Part shown: positions 22,721 to 37,112 of the stretch, piece by piece
How the letters are laid out: every line of letters begins with the position of its first letter
Numbering within the stretch: position 1 is the stretch's first letter
Assembly: GCA_038087875.1 (NCBI GenBank)
Contig: CM075982.1
Location: forward strand, 62,868,001 to 62,932,000
Reading direction: 5' to 3'
Origin: Malacoraja senta
Lineage: Eukaryota
Length of the DNA stretch: 64,000 nt
Made by a program: the position numbers and the translations under genes
Notes under the pieces: model-generated
The model's database searches: none
Told to the model about the DNA's origin: nothing
What the model saw: the letters and a program-made list of their open reading frames with translations, nothing else

Positions 22721-25700
22721 CAAAGTTTGGGTTGGAAGCTTAATTAACAATTCTTTATGTCCTTTTGGTTTGCTTACAAAGGTCTGTGAGTGAGGAACTT
22801 GCTCACTCTTGAATAAAGAATTTCAGTGAGGCCAGTGAAGCTAACAAAAGGAACAAAGATCAGCAGAGAATCCATTCAATCCAGGTTTCAATATAATATA
22901 AATATTCCACCCCAAAAGTACTGAGATCAGGTGTAATCCCCAAAATTGTCTTAGTGAGCAACTCAAAACATTATTATTGATTAGATTAAACTCAGCCTGG
23001 TCTCTTTTGTCCAGCACGACAGTTGGCAAAATATAAGGCAAAGCATCTGACAGGCCTACATCCCGATAAAAGTCTGCTCAGAACAAACTTCATATGTGAT
23101 CAGAAATACTTGCCAAATCGTCATAACATTTAGTCAAGGTTCTGTGCTCCTGAAACAAAAATGTCATGAAATCAACCAAAAATGACTGATTAATTTAAAA
23201 TGGGATATCAAATCATATTTTAATCAAAAATACAGAGGCACCAAAATAAAAACTAGACTGAATGGGTTGTAGTATTGAATGGTGGAATCTGAATGCAATG
23301 ACTATGAAAGATGGGCTGTGGATATATGTTTACAATCCTTCAAGCTAGGCTTCTAGTATTCCACCATACAATTATTTGAGGAGTGGGAGAGGAGTTCATA
23401 AAGTAAGATCAAAAACTACAAAGTAATAGTCATCTAGTATCATGCTGTCTAATAAATGTACTATTTTGTCCAGGGCTTTCGTTTGCTCTCCACTTTTTTG
23501 AAAAAAAATCATTTTGCAACATAATAAAACAAGTCAGTTCCAGTTTGTCAAATCACTGAAACTATCACTTTAAGCATTTACTGAAAGTTTACAGACTTGC
23601 CTTTGCATGAGTACAGGACAAGCGTGATGTTGACAAAAGTACTAGTGCCATACATAGTCTTTGTATCAGCACCAAAAAGTAACTGTTTCAAATGACCAAA
23701 ACAAACTTCCAACTATATATTCCAACTATATATTTTTATTGAAACAAAACTCCATTGCAGAACTGAAATCTGAATAAATGTACATTTTAAATAAATAAAT
23801 AATGTGCTGCAATGAATGTACAACCATTTAAACAAATGATTTGTTGTAAGCTAAAATAACATATACATCGCTAATTCTCCCCAGATATATCCAAAGAGTC
23901 AATTGGTATTAATACTTTGCCTTGATGAGGTTCAATTTGAGATGAATATGAACAAAACCTCTTGTTGAACTTGAATGATAGGTTGTGGATCTCACAATAG
24001 TCTAGGAAGAGATTGTATTAATGCTGGTTGTATTTCCATAAGATGTAGGAGCAGAATTAGGTCATTCGGACCATACAGTAAACTCCGCCATTCAATCATG
24101 GCTGATCTATTTTTCCCTCTCAACCCCATTCTCCAGCCTTCTCCCGTAGCCTTTGAAGCCCTTCCTATTGAAGAATTTTCAGTCTATGCACTTTGAAAGC
24201 GTTCCTAATCAAGAATTTCCAGTCTATTACTAAAGTTGGAAATCAAGCATTTAAACATATTTTCTCTTTATTTGTATGTTGCTGTTGGTGAATAAGATGA
24301 CATGCTCTCTGTACATAGATTTGTGCATTTAAAAAAATTCATCATCAGCGATGTTCAAAGAATCTAGTCACAAAGTGACTACAGTCCCTATCTGTCCGTT
24401 AGCTGAGGCCAAATGCAGCTTATTTTTTTGAAGAGTGGAATCTGACGTGGGAAGTGAGAATTTCTGATCTTGTGACAAATGGTTCCCACCTCTGACATAA
24501 TCGCAGAATTAAGTCAGACTGTTAACCATTAAAGTTATGGAGGTGGAGGCAGGCGTGGGGTAATGGGTTCAAGCTGTTATGATAGGAGAGTTTGGGGGGA
24601 AAGTTTCCCTGTGAATTGTTTTAGCTGTATAATTGTTTTTGTCTCTAAACTTCCTTGCGATGAAGGGGACTCGTGGTTGTCATGAATGCTATTCTGTCCA
24701 GTAATAAGTTGGGATAAGAAAACTTGAGAACTGGATACATAAGGGGGTCAACAATTATTTTGAGAAGGGAAAACGTGGCTCTTAAGTGATCATCGTTTCT
24801 CTGTTAAATTTGAATAAATGTAGGTTTATCTGTTATCCTTAAGAATTTTGTTTAATTCTGTTATTTGCAGCTAATTATACCATATTAACCAGCAACCATC
24901 ATTGTAAAGACTTCTTATGGTGCATGTTCCTGGATTTCCAAGATAGACAAGACTAGGGGAGAGGGAGGGGGATACTATTGTAAGGATGGTCTACAATTCT
25001 TAGTTCATTTATGATTTTGTTCTTGATCTTTGCATAAAAATGAGAATACTCTGAAATTATCACTAATAGATTTCATATTTCTTCACGACCCAGAATGAAA
25101 TTTTGAAACTAATTTATTCGAGAATTTTTAAAATTTTGTTTATGTTTAGGCTGGCAACATTAAATTTAGATGTTTGTTAATGTAAATTACTTATTTTCTC
25201 AGAAGAATAATATATTCATTTCACATAACCCTTTCACCACATAATTATTTTTGGAATGAAACTTGGAATTTTTATTCTATTTTCCTTTAAATTCTGAAAC
25301 TAAACTAAAAAGGTGCATATTATTAGTGAAGTTTATTTCATGAATGTTTAAGTATATACAAAATACTTTCAGTTGCACAGATAATATGGCTACCATTGGA
25401 ACCATTAATAATCTGCATTGTATTTTCTGATTAGCTACCATTCTGAGATAGGACAGGAAATGCTGCAGTACGTAACAGGCAAGGCAGCATCCATAGAGTG
25501 AAAAGCAGATTTTACTGTTCAGGCACATGACTTTTCATCATTTTCATATGAATAGAATCAGATTTTTGGTTGTTGAAATTGATTATATTCAGATTTCAAT
25601 TACAAGAATGTGTCCATATATTTGAATAATTACAGTACATGATAATTGTCAGATCACATTCACCACGTATATGCCACATTTCATTGTTGTAATGTTTTTA

Positions 25701-25984
25701 AAATTGTGGTCTAGTTATGAAACTTTGTCAGCTCATCTCTACACTATAATTGGGAATGTTAACCAATTGTTGAACTGTATGCTATTCAAGGATATGATCT
25801 CTAATAGTGTGATGTTAGATGGCCTAATTTATTACCAATCATGTGCCCACCTGAACAAAAGTTGGGCCTTTATGAAGAATTGAATGCTTTGTTTTATGCT
25901 TCAGCTTTTCACATTTTATGGAGGCTGTAGCTCACAATACTTCAGCCATCTTTGTGAGCCAGTTATTCTACTAGATTATTAATT

Positions 25985-26260
25985 GTTTAGTTTATTGTCA
26001 CATGTACTTAGGTACATTGAAAAGCTTTTGTTGCGTGATAATCAGTCAGTGGAAAGACAATACATGATTACAATCGAGCCATCCAGTGTGTAGGGATACA
26101 TGATAAGCGAACAATGTTTAGTGGAAGCCAATAAAGTCCGATCAAAGAGAGTCGAGGGACTCCAATGGAGTAGATTGTTCAGGACTGCGCTCTGGTTGTG
26201 GCAGGATGGTTCAGTTCCCTGATAGCAGCTGGGAAGAAACTGTCCCTGAATCTGAATGCA
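25985..26260 (-). mobile_element. Rex1/Babar-like LINE 3' end
   Basis: Minus frame ..RFRDSFFPAAIRELN.. followed by a 3'UTR ending in reverse-strand GACAATAAA. Related pieces at ~14520-14610, ~31875-31930 and ~35665-35870. Confidence 0.6.
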
Positions 26261-26729
26261 ACCTCTCTTGGTGTAACAAAATGGATGACTTCCCACCAGC
26301 ATCTCAGAAAGTAGTGCTGGGCCAGGGCCAGGCGGGAGGCGCAGTGATAACCCAAATGCTGAATCAGGTTGTGTGCACATATGTGTGCTGAGGTCGGTGA
26401 CTGCACGCTGAGCAGATGGAGGCGCCAGATGCCCTAGTCCCGCACCTGCGCAGTGGCGCGCCCCTGCCAGCAACCTAATGGGCGGTCGAGAGGGGTAGCG
26501 CCCCCTCCTGGACGTCCGGGGAGTCTCGTCTGCACAATCGTCGCGAGAATACAGCCGGGGGGGGGGGGGGGGAGGTGTGGTAGCTTATGCAACATAAACC
26601 ATTCCTATTCTTCCACCAACACCACCCATGTTAACCACTTATTGGGCAGAAATAAGACCATTAATAAGTGGGCAACCACCTCTTAGTTTGGAAGAATTGC
26701 CCTGAAAGTAGTGCTGCTCAAACTCTGCT

Positions 26730-26805
26730 CTCTATTGGACAATAGTCCCCTATGCAAATAAGGCGCCCGCGTCACTTCCGTTCTTTCTCGGCCGCCATTT
26801 TGAGC
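26730..26805 (+). promoter_or_regulatory. ADNP: Probable ADNP core promoter in a CpG-rich segment (~26330-27200)
   Basis: Reverse CCAAT (ATTGG 26734-26738), octamer ATGCAAAT 26752-26759, overlapping half-CRE/ETS CGTCACTTCCG 26770-26780 and YY1 GCCGCCATTTTG 26791-26802. It is the only non-TE CpG-rich block between DPM1 and the ADNP CDS. Confidence 0.75.
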
Positions 26806-27253
26806 AGCGGAGGCTCAGTGAATTATTGTCCGAGAGAGATTGAATTTTCGCCCCCCTCTTTTACCCCCCCTTCGCGGCCCAGCGCCTCAGAAAGTTATCG
26901 GTCCGGGGAGAAAAAAAAAGTTCGCTCGGTCGGGTTTGAGGCTTTGTTGTTTTTTTGGGGGGGAGGAAAGGGAAAATTGCGGGGAGCCGCTTGTCCGGCG
27001 GCGCTCAGTTGTCTTTTTTTCCCCTCCTCTCCTCCTCCTCTTCTTTTGCCACTCACTAAACAGCTCCCTCTTTCAGTGAGCGCTGGAAGCTCGGCCGCTC
27101 GGGGGTTGATGTGAGGAGATTGAAGCGGCAGCAGGAGGAGGAGGCCCTTTGTTTGCGGCTCGCGTTCTTCTCACTGCTGCCGGCCCCGGCTCGCGCTTTA
27201 ACTGAACAATTAAAACAAAATAATCAGAGCAAAAAAAACCCCCAAAAAACAAG
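26785..27253 (+). other. ADNP: Putative ADNP non-coding exon 1 (start approximate)
   Basis: Runs from the YY1-marked TSS region to a strong donor AAG|GTGAGA at 27253/27254. Confidence 0.5.
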
Positions 27254-28690
27254 GTGAGAACATTTATCTTTCTTCTAACAAGTTATTATGACAGATTTTT
27301 TTTCGTGCACACAAATAGTCCACAAAAAAAAATCCAGGACATATTTTTTTTTCCTTTTGCACTGGGTTGTTTAAAAAAAATAACAGTGTGCGATGCATGC
27401 GAGTAGTTTATCTCTAGCAATTGGCACTTTATGGATAAAGATGAATCGACCTAAGGTAACAGATCCAGCAGTAACGATTGTTTTATCCTGTTTGTGTTGC
27501 CTATTCGCACGATATAAAAAATTGCATTAACACCGATTAATTTGCGAAATGCACCATTTGTGAGCCGGCATCAGTTATACTAATCAATCATTTATAATTG
27601 TCAATCATTTGTGTGTGTTTACTGTACTTCAAAGTTAGGTGGGGATTCGTATATTAGTATAATTTACCCTGTATTGATTTGATGTATATATGATAGGTCA
27701 AGGCAACCAATCGATGTTAGTGTTGCTTTGCCTAATCGTGGATTACAATATCACCCAAAAGTGTTTCTCAAAACTGGATGGCCAAGGTTTTTTTTTTCAA
27801 AAGAAGCTCCCCTGTTCAGAGGTTGTTTGATCTATGTTCAGTTAATTTCGAGCTCCCTCAAAATCAGCTCTGTCCTGGACAATTGAAATATAACATAGTA
27901 ATTGTTACCGGTTAATCTGTGTGAGGCATCAGTCGTGAATCTGATCGAACATTTGTTTACACATTTGTTCAATACCTTTTCTAGTGCTCCATGGTCTTTA
28001 GACAGCATGTTCAACCAATCCAGACAGCAAGGAACGCCCTAGACAGAAGACGGGGTGGATGGAAACTGTGATTTAATTTATTTGTTAATTTACATATAAG
28101 TATTCACGTGAGTTCACTCGGTGACAGTTCTGCATATTTTATGATGCTGATAATATTTAGGGATGGGATAAGTTGACGATGATAATGTTAAAATGTGCAC
28201 CTCTGGACTGGTTGCCGGCTGTGACGTTGCTGTAAAATGGCGCGAGTACTGCTCCACTGCAGACATGAATAGATCCAGGGATCCCCAGTTTTGTAATTGC
28301 TTAAGTAGAAATGTTTAGCACGTGTTCTTTGGAGAAAACGTATCGTGATCCAACCGTTATCAGGTTCAAAATGTTGCAACGTACATGACCGGCTTTCAGG
28401 AAAAGGCATTTAGAACTGTTGTGCATCAAATAAAATAGTTCATTAAAAAAAAATTCTTGTTGCATTAAAATCCATTTCGGTTGTAGTGTTTTCTGTATAA
28501 TCTGATGGCAACCCAATTTTCCTTTCTTGCGTGCACAGCCATATTGTAATGCAGCCATGCAGAAAATGAAAATCAATACTGGGTGCAGCAGGAGGCGCTC
28601 TCCAGAAGCTGGTTTGGAGGCTCCAGATGCAGGATGAGGAGTTTTTGGTGAAATATATGCTGTGAGGGGAAAGGGTGGACGCTCCCAATA

Positions 28691-28706
28691 CAGCGCCACC
28701 TGTTGC
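28691..28706 (-). promoter_or_regulatory. CTCF-like motif in ADNP intron 1
   Basis: CAGCGCCACCTGTTGC is the reverse complement of GCAACAGGTGGCGCTG, close to the CTCF core CCASYAGRKGGCRS. Confidence 0.45.
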
Positions 28707-31700
28707 TTAATGGTGACTGAACATTGGGTTACATATAAAGCACATTCCGGCAAGTGTCTTGCAAGAATGCAGTTAATCCAGTAAAACTTCACTAGATATG
28801 TTTTCAGGAAAACATAGTAATTTGCTTAAGATCCAGCTCCATATTGATTGTGTCCATAATTATTGACCGTGTCTTTGTATAACCAGATCCATTTGACGAC
28901 CACTAATGCAAGGCAAAATACACATGAGTTTTTTGATGTCAAAGAATAACTGAAGAGTTTTTGGTTGACTCCGTTTTTTGGGTCAACTCATTCAAGGCAT
29001 TGGTTCTAGATTGGTCCCCCCCCCCCCCCCCCCCCATTGACTAATTAAAGGATAATCGTTTAAGTTGGTTGTTTCAAAATATGTTTTGAGCTTACAAATT
29101 CATTGATGTAGTGAGACATCGGTGTAATCAAATGTGTTTTGATTTACCAAGAAATTATCTTTCAAATGTGTACGGATAAAAAAAATTGATAGCACCTTAT
29201 TACTGCCATTTATCATTAGGTTAGGAGATGTGTACAATTTATCAAAGAATCTTGTAGTTTCAGGTAACTGGTTATCTAAATTTTGAACTATTCTGTTTCT
29301 CAGGATTTTGTCCCCAACTATTTTTTGTTACTATATGGTTCAAAATGGCGCACGGTGCCATTATTTAAAAAAAATCTGCAGGATATGTCATGTAATGCAT
29401 GTGATTTAATAAACTGCAGAGTAAGATGTGAACTTTTCAAATCTTGAATCTATATCATTTTTAATATTACACATTGCTATGGCTGTAGGTTACACAAATG
29501 GGATACACTGTTTACAAAATCGGTGGACAATTCTAATTGTTTTTTTATAGTTCGCCATTGGTTCCTTTGGCATGTAAATGTTTAGAAAGTGTGTATTTAT
29601 TTAGTCCATGTTAAGGTGTAGCTGGATACCATTTCTCTTCAGTTCAATTGTCTTCCGTGGTTATGCACATGATTTTTCGCCCAACTCTTTACAGTACATA
29701 TTAAGAGTAATGTTTTTTTTCTGGCATGAGGAATATCTTCATGGCTTACTTAAATTCATTGTACATTTCTATTTCTTTACAAGAAATCTTTTACTTTTTT
29801 GCCTTTGTGGCTTAGGCCAAGTTTACAAGCTTGGCTGGGTTATAGTGCCTCTGCCAAATGGGTAATGAACTTGGCTATGAAATTCAAAATCTAGTAACTT
29901 GCAAAGTTTCTACTTAGCGGCATCTGATGCAGTTTTCATGTACCTTCCCATTGAGATGACTGAATGTGTTGAAGAGTGGGAACTCCACCCCCTCTACCAT
30001 CAGAATAGGTGGTTTCCTTAATGCCTGATGGAGAATAGCTAACTAATCATGTATTTGCATTCAAACCAAAGATGTCAGTTGTCTACATATGGATACCTCA
30101 ATCGCATTATGCCATCTGAACCATTGTGTTGGCTGAAGGGCTCATTCTTAAATTATATTATGCATTAATATTAACTATTGGTCTGCTGGTAGCTCCAGGG
30201 ATTTGCGAGGAATCTTATTACTTTGTTTCCAAATGTTACTTTTTGCAGAAAAAATATTTATTAATTAAATAAAACTCAGTTCTGTTAGGTAAATTTTATG
30301 CTAAATAGTTTTTCTTAATTCTTCCCCTAATTACCTTTATTTCTATTTAATAAGATTTTTTTTAAATCTTGGTTTAAAACACTGCAGGATTTTTGAGAGG
30401 TGGTATACGGTTGACAACTTTTATATGACAACTGTCTGAAGTGCCAGGTCAAAACAAAAAACATGGATAACCATTCAGCATTAATTGGATGTTGCCAGAG
30501 AAGTAATATGATTGACACTTGAGAATTTCAACTGTTGAATGCAGATATGTCCTTGACAGTGAAATTTCACCCTGATTGGAGTTCATTGTTAGTATTCCAA
30601 GGAGTGTACAAATGTTCGTAATAGGAAAATATTTATGACCTCATCTCTTTTAAATACCAAAATTAATTTATCGTGTGACTTCTAAATTTCCCTTTACATT
30701 TTTTCTAGCCATTATCTTGGGTTTAGATAAAGACATGGATTAGGTTTATCCTGTGTGCAATGCTTTTGATGTTTACCTGACTGAATTATGGCAATCATTT
30801 GAAAATGATACATCTTAAAATGAGACGTCTTGGTTCTTTCACATGCCAGGCAGGATTACTGTAATATCTTGGCAATAGAAAATATAGTACTTTTAACGTG
30901 TAGATGCATCTGAGTTTTTACAAATCTGATTAGATCTACGTTGGCAAGGGGAATTTAATGTCAATATAATCTTGAAATATTTCAACATTTGGGGTTGTTC
31001 CCTTGTAGAATAATTATTCCATGATTATTTGGTTTATTATACTGGCAATACTCTTCACAGGTAGAGGCCTTGCTTCTTTGTAAATCTTAAAATTATTTAA
31101 TGTCATATAAGTCCTGGCAACTAATATGTTGACTGCTTTTGTGAATGCAGGGGAAATATAGATGAACTGCATAATTGGCAGCTATTTGGCAACTGCTTGT
31201 TGTAGTCTTTATCATTAAGTTTGTTAGAATTTAAATCCTCAAAGAAAGTGAAAGCTTGTACATTATATACTTAACGTGGCATTTATTCTGTATAGATAGT
31301 GAATGCTACTGCCATTTATATTTGAACAAAGTAAATTCTTCAACTTCATAGGGAGAATTTTGTTTTTTTCATTGTTTTAAGTGTCTAAAGATTTAAATTG
31401 CGCATTTGGAGAGAAGCTTTGCCTGAAGTTGGAAAGTAATTTTCATATTGTGAGAGGTGCTTAAAGCATATTAATTCCAAGAGATGTTGAAGATTTCACG
31501 AATGGCTTGATGGTCTATATAACAAATCACTACGAAGTAAATGCTAAGAAACACAATTTTAATAACCTGAATCTGCCAATATGACGTTTTCAATGATTTA
31601 AGTCTATTTTGTTCCCTGCTTTATACCTTGAGGAATTTAAAAGTTTGTCCTACTTGCTTTAGTTAGATGAATGAAGATATTTGGTCAAGTTCCTGATGTG

Positions 31701-34700
31701 CATTTACCAGCTGTATGTGTGCCTGTACAGTAAAAAATAGATTATCTTTAGATAATGTTTCTGCTTGAATTACTAAATCCTAAAGGAAAATGGCAAAAAA
31801 TTATCTTTGAGGTTAAAATCACCCTTTGCTCTCATGTTCCTGTGCTTTATTTCCCGACGATCAACTGTCATGTTTCAATGGTTTCTTTAATGTCACATGT
31901 ACCAGGTACAGTGAAATACATTTTTTGTCATGGTGCCAAAGGATAATTTTGAAGAATCCTTTAGTTTTTCTTTAATTAATGCTTTTGAGGTAGTTGTACA
32001 ACTGGCAGAAGAAACTTCAGTTAATTGGTGCGGCCTTGAAGAAGAAAGGATGTTAGGAACTCACAATGATATCAGATGGTTTAGATATGTGCTGTTAGAA
32101 GTGTCAACGGTAATATTTGCTGAAATAAATAGTACATGGTATGCATTGTAAATCTTCTAAAACTGCATATATTTAAGAACATTTAATTGCAAGGTAGGTA
32201 GTTGGGCTGTAGTGTCAAACATTTGTAAATAGTCCAGTAGTTCAAACCCTCGGCTGAATCATCTTTCATTACTTTATATGAATTTATTAAGAGGGATTGT
32301 TTTTGAGATTCTCTGAACTGAAAATATCACTTTAGCCACATATATCAGGTGCACATTGGTCAGTTGTAGGTGCGTGGTGCTGTAGAGTAGGGATTAAAAC
32401 AAACCATTGATTACTTTTGAGTTTGTCGCTGCTGCACTGAAGGAATTTACTATTTTGAGCTTGCATAGGGGTATGATTAGATTTATAAAATAGAATCTGA
32501 AAACTAACAACATGGAAGGAAATGTTGGCTCATTGTCGCTTTCCTGCCTAGTTCCACCTTACAGAATTGACTGTCATTACTTGTGTAACTGCAGCTCTTT
32601 GGGTATCTAAGCATTTGTTAATCACGATGATCACTACCCTTGCAGAGAATTAATTTAAGCCCAAACAGACTTTGAGGTTTTTTTCCCCCTCCCAATATTT
32701 ATTCCCCCATGGCTTTTAATTGCTGTACTAAGGTAAATGGGTCCTTTTGATTTGCCTGATCTGTACCCTCATAATTATGTATATCTCAATGAAATCTCTG
32801 GTCATCTTCTAACAAACACAATCCCAAATTATCTATTCATTCCGCGTAGCTAAAACTTTCCAAAACCTGACTCTGTATTTGAGTTTCATCTGCACCTTGT
32901 GCATTCTTATCTTTGCTGTATGTGATCAGAACTGTAGACTGTATTTAAAGCTGTGGCCCAAGGAGAGTTGTATATAGTTCTAGCGTAACCTCGCTGCTTT
33001 ATATTCTATGCCTCTGTTAGTGAAGAAAAACATCACTTGTGCATTTTTCACTGCATCAGTAAAGTGTTCTGCTACCTTTGCAGATATGTGGATGTAAGTT
33101 CCAAGATTCCGTGTGTTTCATAACACCATTTTGTTCTCCCATTTATGTTTTTTTTTCCCTTGTCCCCAAATACCTTAAATTTCACTTCTCTGGATTAAAT
33201 TTCCTTTGCCACCTTACTACTCAATATCTTCCAGCAGTCTAAAAAGCTCCTCATTGATGTCAAAGGTCTAGCTTTCATTCGTGATCCCTACATCTAAGTG
33301 TAAATTGGTATACATTTCAAAAAGGGACCACAAACAACGTTTTTCTTATCACAAAAATTCAATAATTACCATTAAAGGCTCGGGTTTGGAAATACGTTTT
33401 ATATAAAAGTAGCTTATTTTCTTAGACATGGCAAATCTGAGACTTTAAGCTACAAATTTAATTATAAGGCCTTATTGTTTTTTATTACATTTTTAACCAA
33501 TAAGTGATACATTATATGAAAATCCATGTACTATGTATGCATACCTAGAATTTTCATTTCTACTCGTGAAGAATGACTGCAGTATTTGATTTTCGTTAAC
33601 ATTTGGCAGAGGTGTACATGAGAGAGAGCTGGTTTATAATTCATGTGTATGATTATTTTAAATTAATTGTTGAATTTCGCTATTGAGCTTGGCCCATATC
33701 CAAATTTTTTTTGCAAATTGGATTAGTGAGCTTCTGCTTTGCAGACAAATTTGAAGTTGACTTTTGACCAGATACCTGGAAAAGGAAGCTTGAGTGAAAG
33801 AAGTCGAGTGGAACTGGAACTTCAAAGCCACTAGGCAAATCAGAAGCAACAAAATGAATTGCGGGGATCAAAAAGTGCAAACTTCCTGGGTAATAGTTAA
33901 ACATAATAGTCTGGTGCACAACTTTTGCAGACTAGATTGATGACCCGAATGCTCATGTAGCATTTATTTACACTTACTGGTCAGATTGCAAACACACCAT
34001 TAATGGATTCCTTTTTTTTTTTTAATACTGCCAATCTGGGAGAATCATATGTATAAACTCATCACCCAGAAGACTCAATAGCCAAGCAAAGGCTTAGAAA
34101 TCCTTGAATGCGCAATTGAAACAAAACCTGCTATAGCCCAGATTAAAATTGCACATGTTACTCAATTCTGCCCATGTTCTGTCATTTAAATGTTGTTGTA
34201 TCTGCCTCAACTATCTCTGGCAGCTCTTTCCATATACCCACCACTGTCTGTGTGAAAAAGTTGCCCCTTGGGTTCCTATTTAAAAAAAATGGAAAAAGAC
34301 ATGATTAAGAAGCAATGAGTGATAGCAGGAAAATGCCAGGGAAGTGTGATGGCATGTGCCCTCTTTCAATACCTACACTTTTGGGAGCCAAATGTTCCCC
34401 AATTGCTTCTATCAAAATAGATTGTCAGTTTTCTCCTGAATTTTGCAATGCAACAATGTCATAATATTTTAAATTTAATTCGCATACAATTTTTCAATAC
34501 CAATGCATCGTGATATAAATAGGAAATAGACAAGAAGTCTCCATCCATGCCATTCTTAGGAGAATCCACTCCTGACAAAGTGCATGCTGGCTACCCCAAC
34601 AATATTTCATTTTTGTTTATAGAGCATACAACTTGAGAGAAAATAAGTTTTATCGCAATCATTGATCATTCGGGAGGAATTATTTGGAGTTGAGCAAACT

Positions 34701-35889
34701 ACATATGTTTCTTGGTCACTGGGGCAAGTAAACGATGCAGAGCTCAATGATCTGGAATGGTTTTAGTGCTTTCAGCCACCTTTATAAATGTGGCTATGAG
34801 ATAGTGGTTGGCTGGTTTAATTATAAGATATGCTTTGTCTATTGTAAGTGGTGGTCAGATCTCTTAAATGAACAGTTGCAATTTAGTTAATTAGGAGCAT
34901 TTAAAGTTCAGCATACACGTAGAAAGTAGCTGCGCTAATGACAAGGACCTTGTATCTGGTGCTTGTGGCTTGTGGAAGACTCCAGAGAGGGCTGGGAAGT
35001 TGGATGTTCCTGGTTGGATGAGACCTAGGGGTAGGATATTGAACACCACTCGCAAAAACCCACCCTTTAAATTACTCAACATAAGAAATTGTGATTTATC
35101 TCGTTTAATTAACCAAAATATGATTTGGTAAACATATAATGTGCCTGATGCATCATTGTTCTTTCAGTAAAGTAGATTTGAACAATAATGTGATTAAAAT
35201 GGACAAAAGTCTCTTGTCACTCTGTTTTATGAGGTTGCCCAAGAATTTTGATGTGAAGGAGGTACTTTGTCATTTAGTGGCTATATTCTGCAGGTCATAA
35301 AGCAGACCTATTCGGAAGAAATTTAAACATAGAGGAAATTAACTGATATGAAGTTTCCCTATTTGTGAGGAATATTAACTTTGTGTTGCTTGTAATATAG
35401 TTATATTATTTTTATGATTCATATTTAATTATCCATTTAGAGATCCATATATTTAATTTGTATAAATTTTAGTGTTTGTAATTAAAGCAAGTTGGGAAGT
35501 GAATAATCTTCCTATAATTGCCCATTGACTGCAAAGAAACTTTGTATTATTGATAATGATAAAGGACCAAATTTACGTGTTATTGCCTAATTTAAAGTAG
35601 ATTGTATTTAAAATTGAGAATATTTTATCATTTATAAATGCATTAGCATGGTTTTGATGTGTTTGTATTGGTTTATTGTCATTTATACCATGATACAATG
35701 AACAGCTCTGTTTGCTTAATATCCAGTCAATTCATACTATACATGAGTACAATTAAGCTATACACTAACAAAATGCATTATAGTATTACAGTTGCAAAGA
35801 AAATGCAAAGTCTGCAGTGAGGTAGGTTGGAAGATTAGCATCTGTTTATGGGAGGACTGTTCAGTAGTTTGATGACAATAGGGATTTGT

Positions 35890-36670
35890 AAGGAATGGGG
35901 GAGAAGAAGAGGAGGAGGAATTGACAATGTTTTGGGTTGAGCCCTTTTTTTAGGACTAAGGGTCGTATAAAGAGAGAAGCAGTGATAAGATGTTCACCAG
36001 TGGGTGATTGGTGGACCGAGGAGGGGTGAGGGATGATGGGCAGCTGGGGGAGGAGGAGGATGTATTTTGAGGCAGAGGCAGGTGGATGATAGATGGAGGC
36101 AGCCAATAAAGTAGCAGGTGATGATGATTCCTCAAACAACTGCTGGAGGGTTATAGGCAGGTATGCATAGGCTGACAATGCTAGGATGTGATAAGTAAGG
36201 AAGGTGATAAGGAAACCACTAGGAGAGGTGAAGGGCAAGGGGAACCAGACTTTTGTTGGGGAATGGGAGACGACTGTTGGGTTGGATAATTAGGTGGCTG
36301 GAACTAGGAGGGGAAAGGGTAATGTAATGGGATAATTACCTGCAATAGGTGAGTGTAGAGAGAAGGCCAAAATATCCTGATTGTGGATGGAGGTGTATAA
36401 AGACTATACATTCATAATGAAGATGAAGCGGGCTAGGAAAATTGGAATTTATCAAAATGATGGACGGCAAGTGAGATGACATATATGGGTGGGAAGTGTT
36501 TGGACAAGGAGAGAAATTATAGCGTTAAGGTAAAAGAAGATGGGTTCTGTGGGTCAAAATGATGAAAAATAATGGGCTTAACAGGACAGTCCAGTTGGTT
36601 GATTTTGAATAAAAGCTAGAAGCAATACGTGTGCGGTTGGGGGGCATAAGGTTGGAGTCTGGAAGGAAGA
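35890..36670 (-). mobile_element. Degenerate Penelope-like element
   Basis: Decayed hammerhead-like motif near 35925-35955 and a purine-rich tract. 36540-36640 (ATAATGGGCTTAACAGGACAGTCC...GATTTTG) resembles the PLE RT segment at 75-140. Confidence 0.45.
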
Positions 36671-37112
36671 TCCATTGTTTTGTTGAGATTTGTGACAAGG
36701 ATTTTGGCTCTTACGTTTCTATATTGTGAGATGGAGTTTCTTGCAGTCACTGTTTGACTCTGCATTTTGGAGATCCGTTCTGGTAATACGCATTATTGAG
36801 AACGATGAAAGAATTTATGCTTTAAGTATGGACAATTTGAAGAACTTTTAGTTATACAGGGAGGATATAGATGTCCATCCATCTTCACAATTAGTTTTGA
36901 ACTTTTCAGAGCAATTAGTTTGCCATTTTGGAAGTCTTGTGGACAACTGAAGTTTAAGATTCTTTATATTTGGAACATGTTACACTCTGTCTAAACTATG
37001 CTGGATAACATGGGTTGGATGCTTAGGAAAAATATTAAGTTATACTTAATTTATCCAAAGCAAAAATTTTGCGTTGAAATTTACATAAATTGACATTTTG
37101 GTACCAAATAAT

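Noticed and set aside
33744-33890. Possible extra ADNP 5'UTR exon (ctgctttgcag|...TGG|gtaata)
   Set aside because: Splice signals only, moderate donor, no supporting homology.
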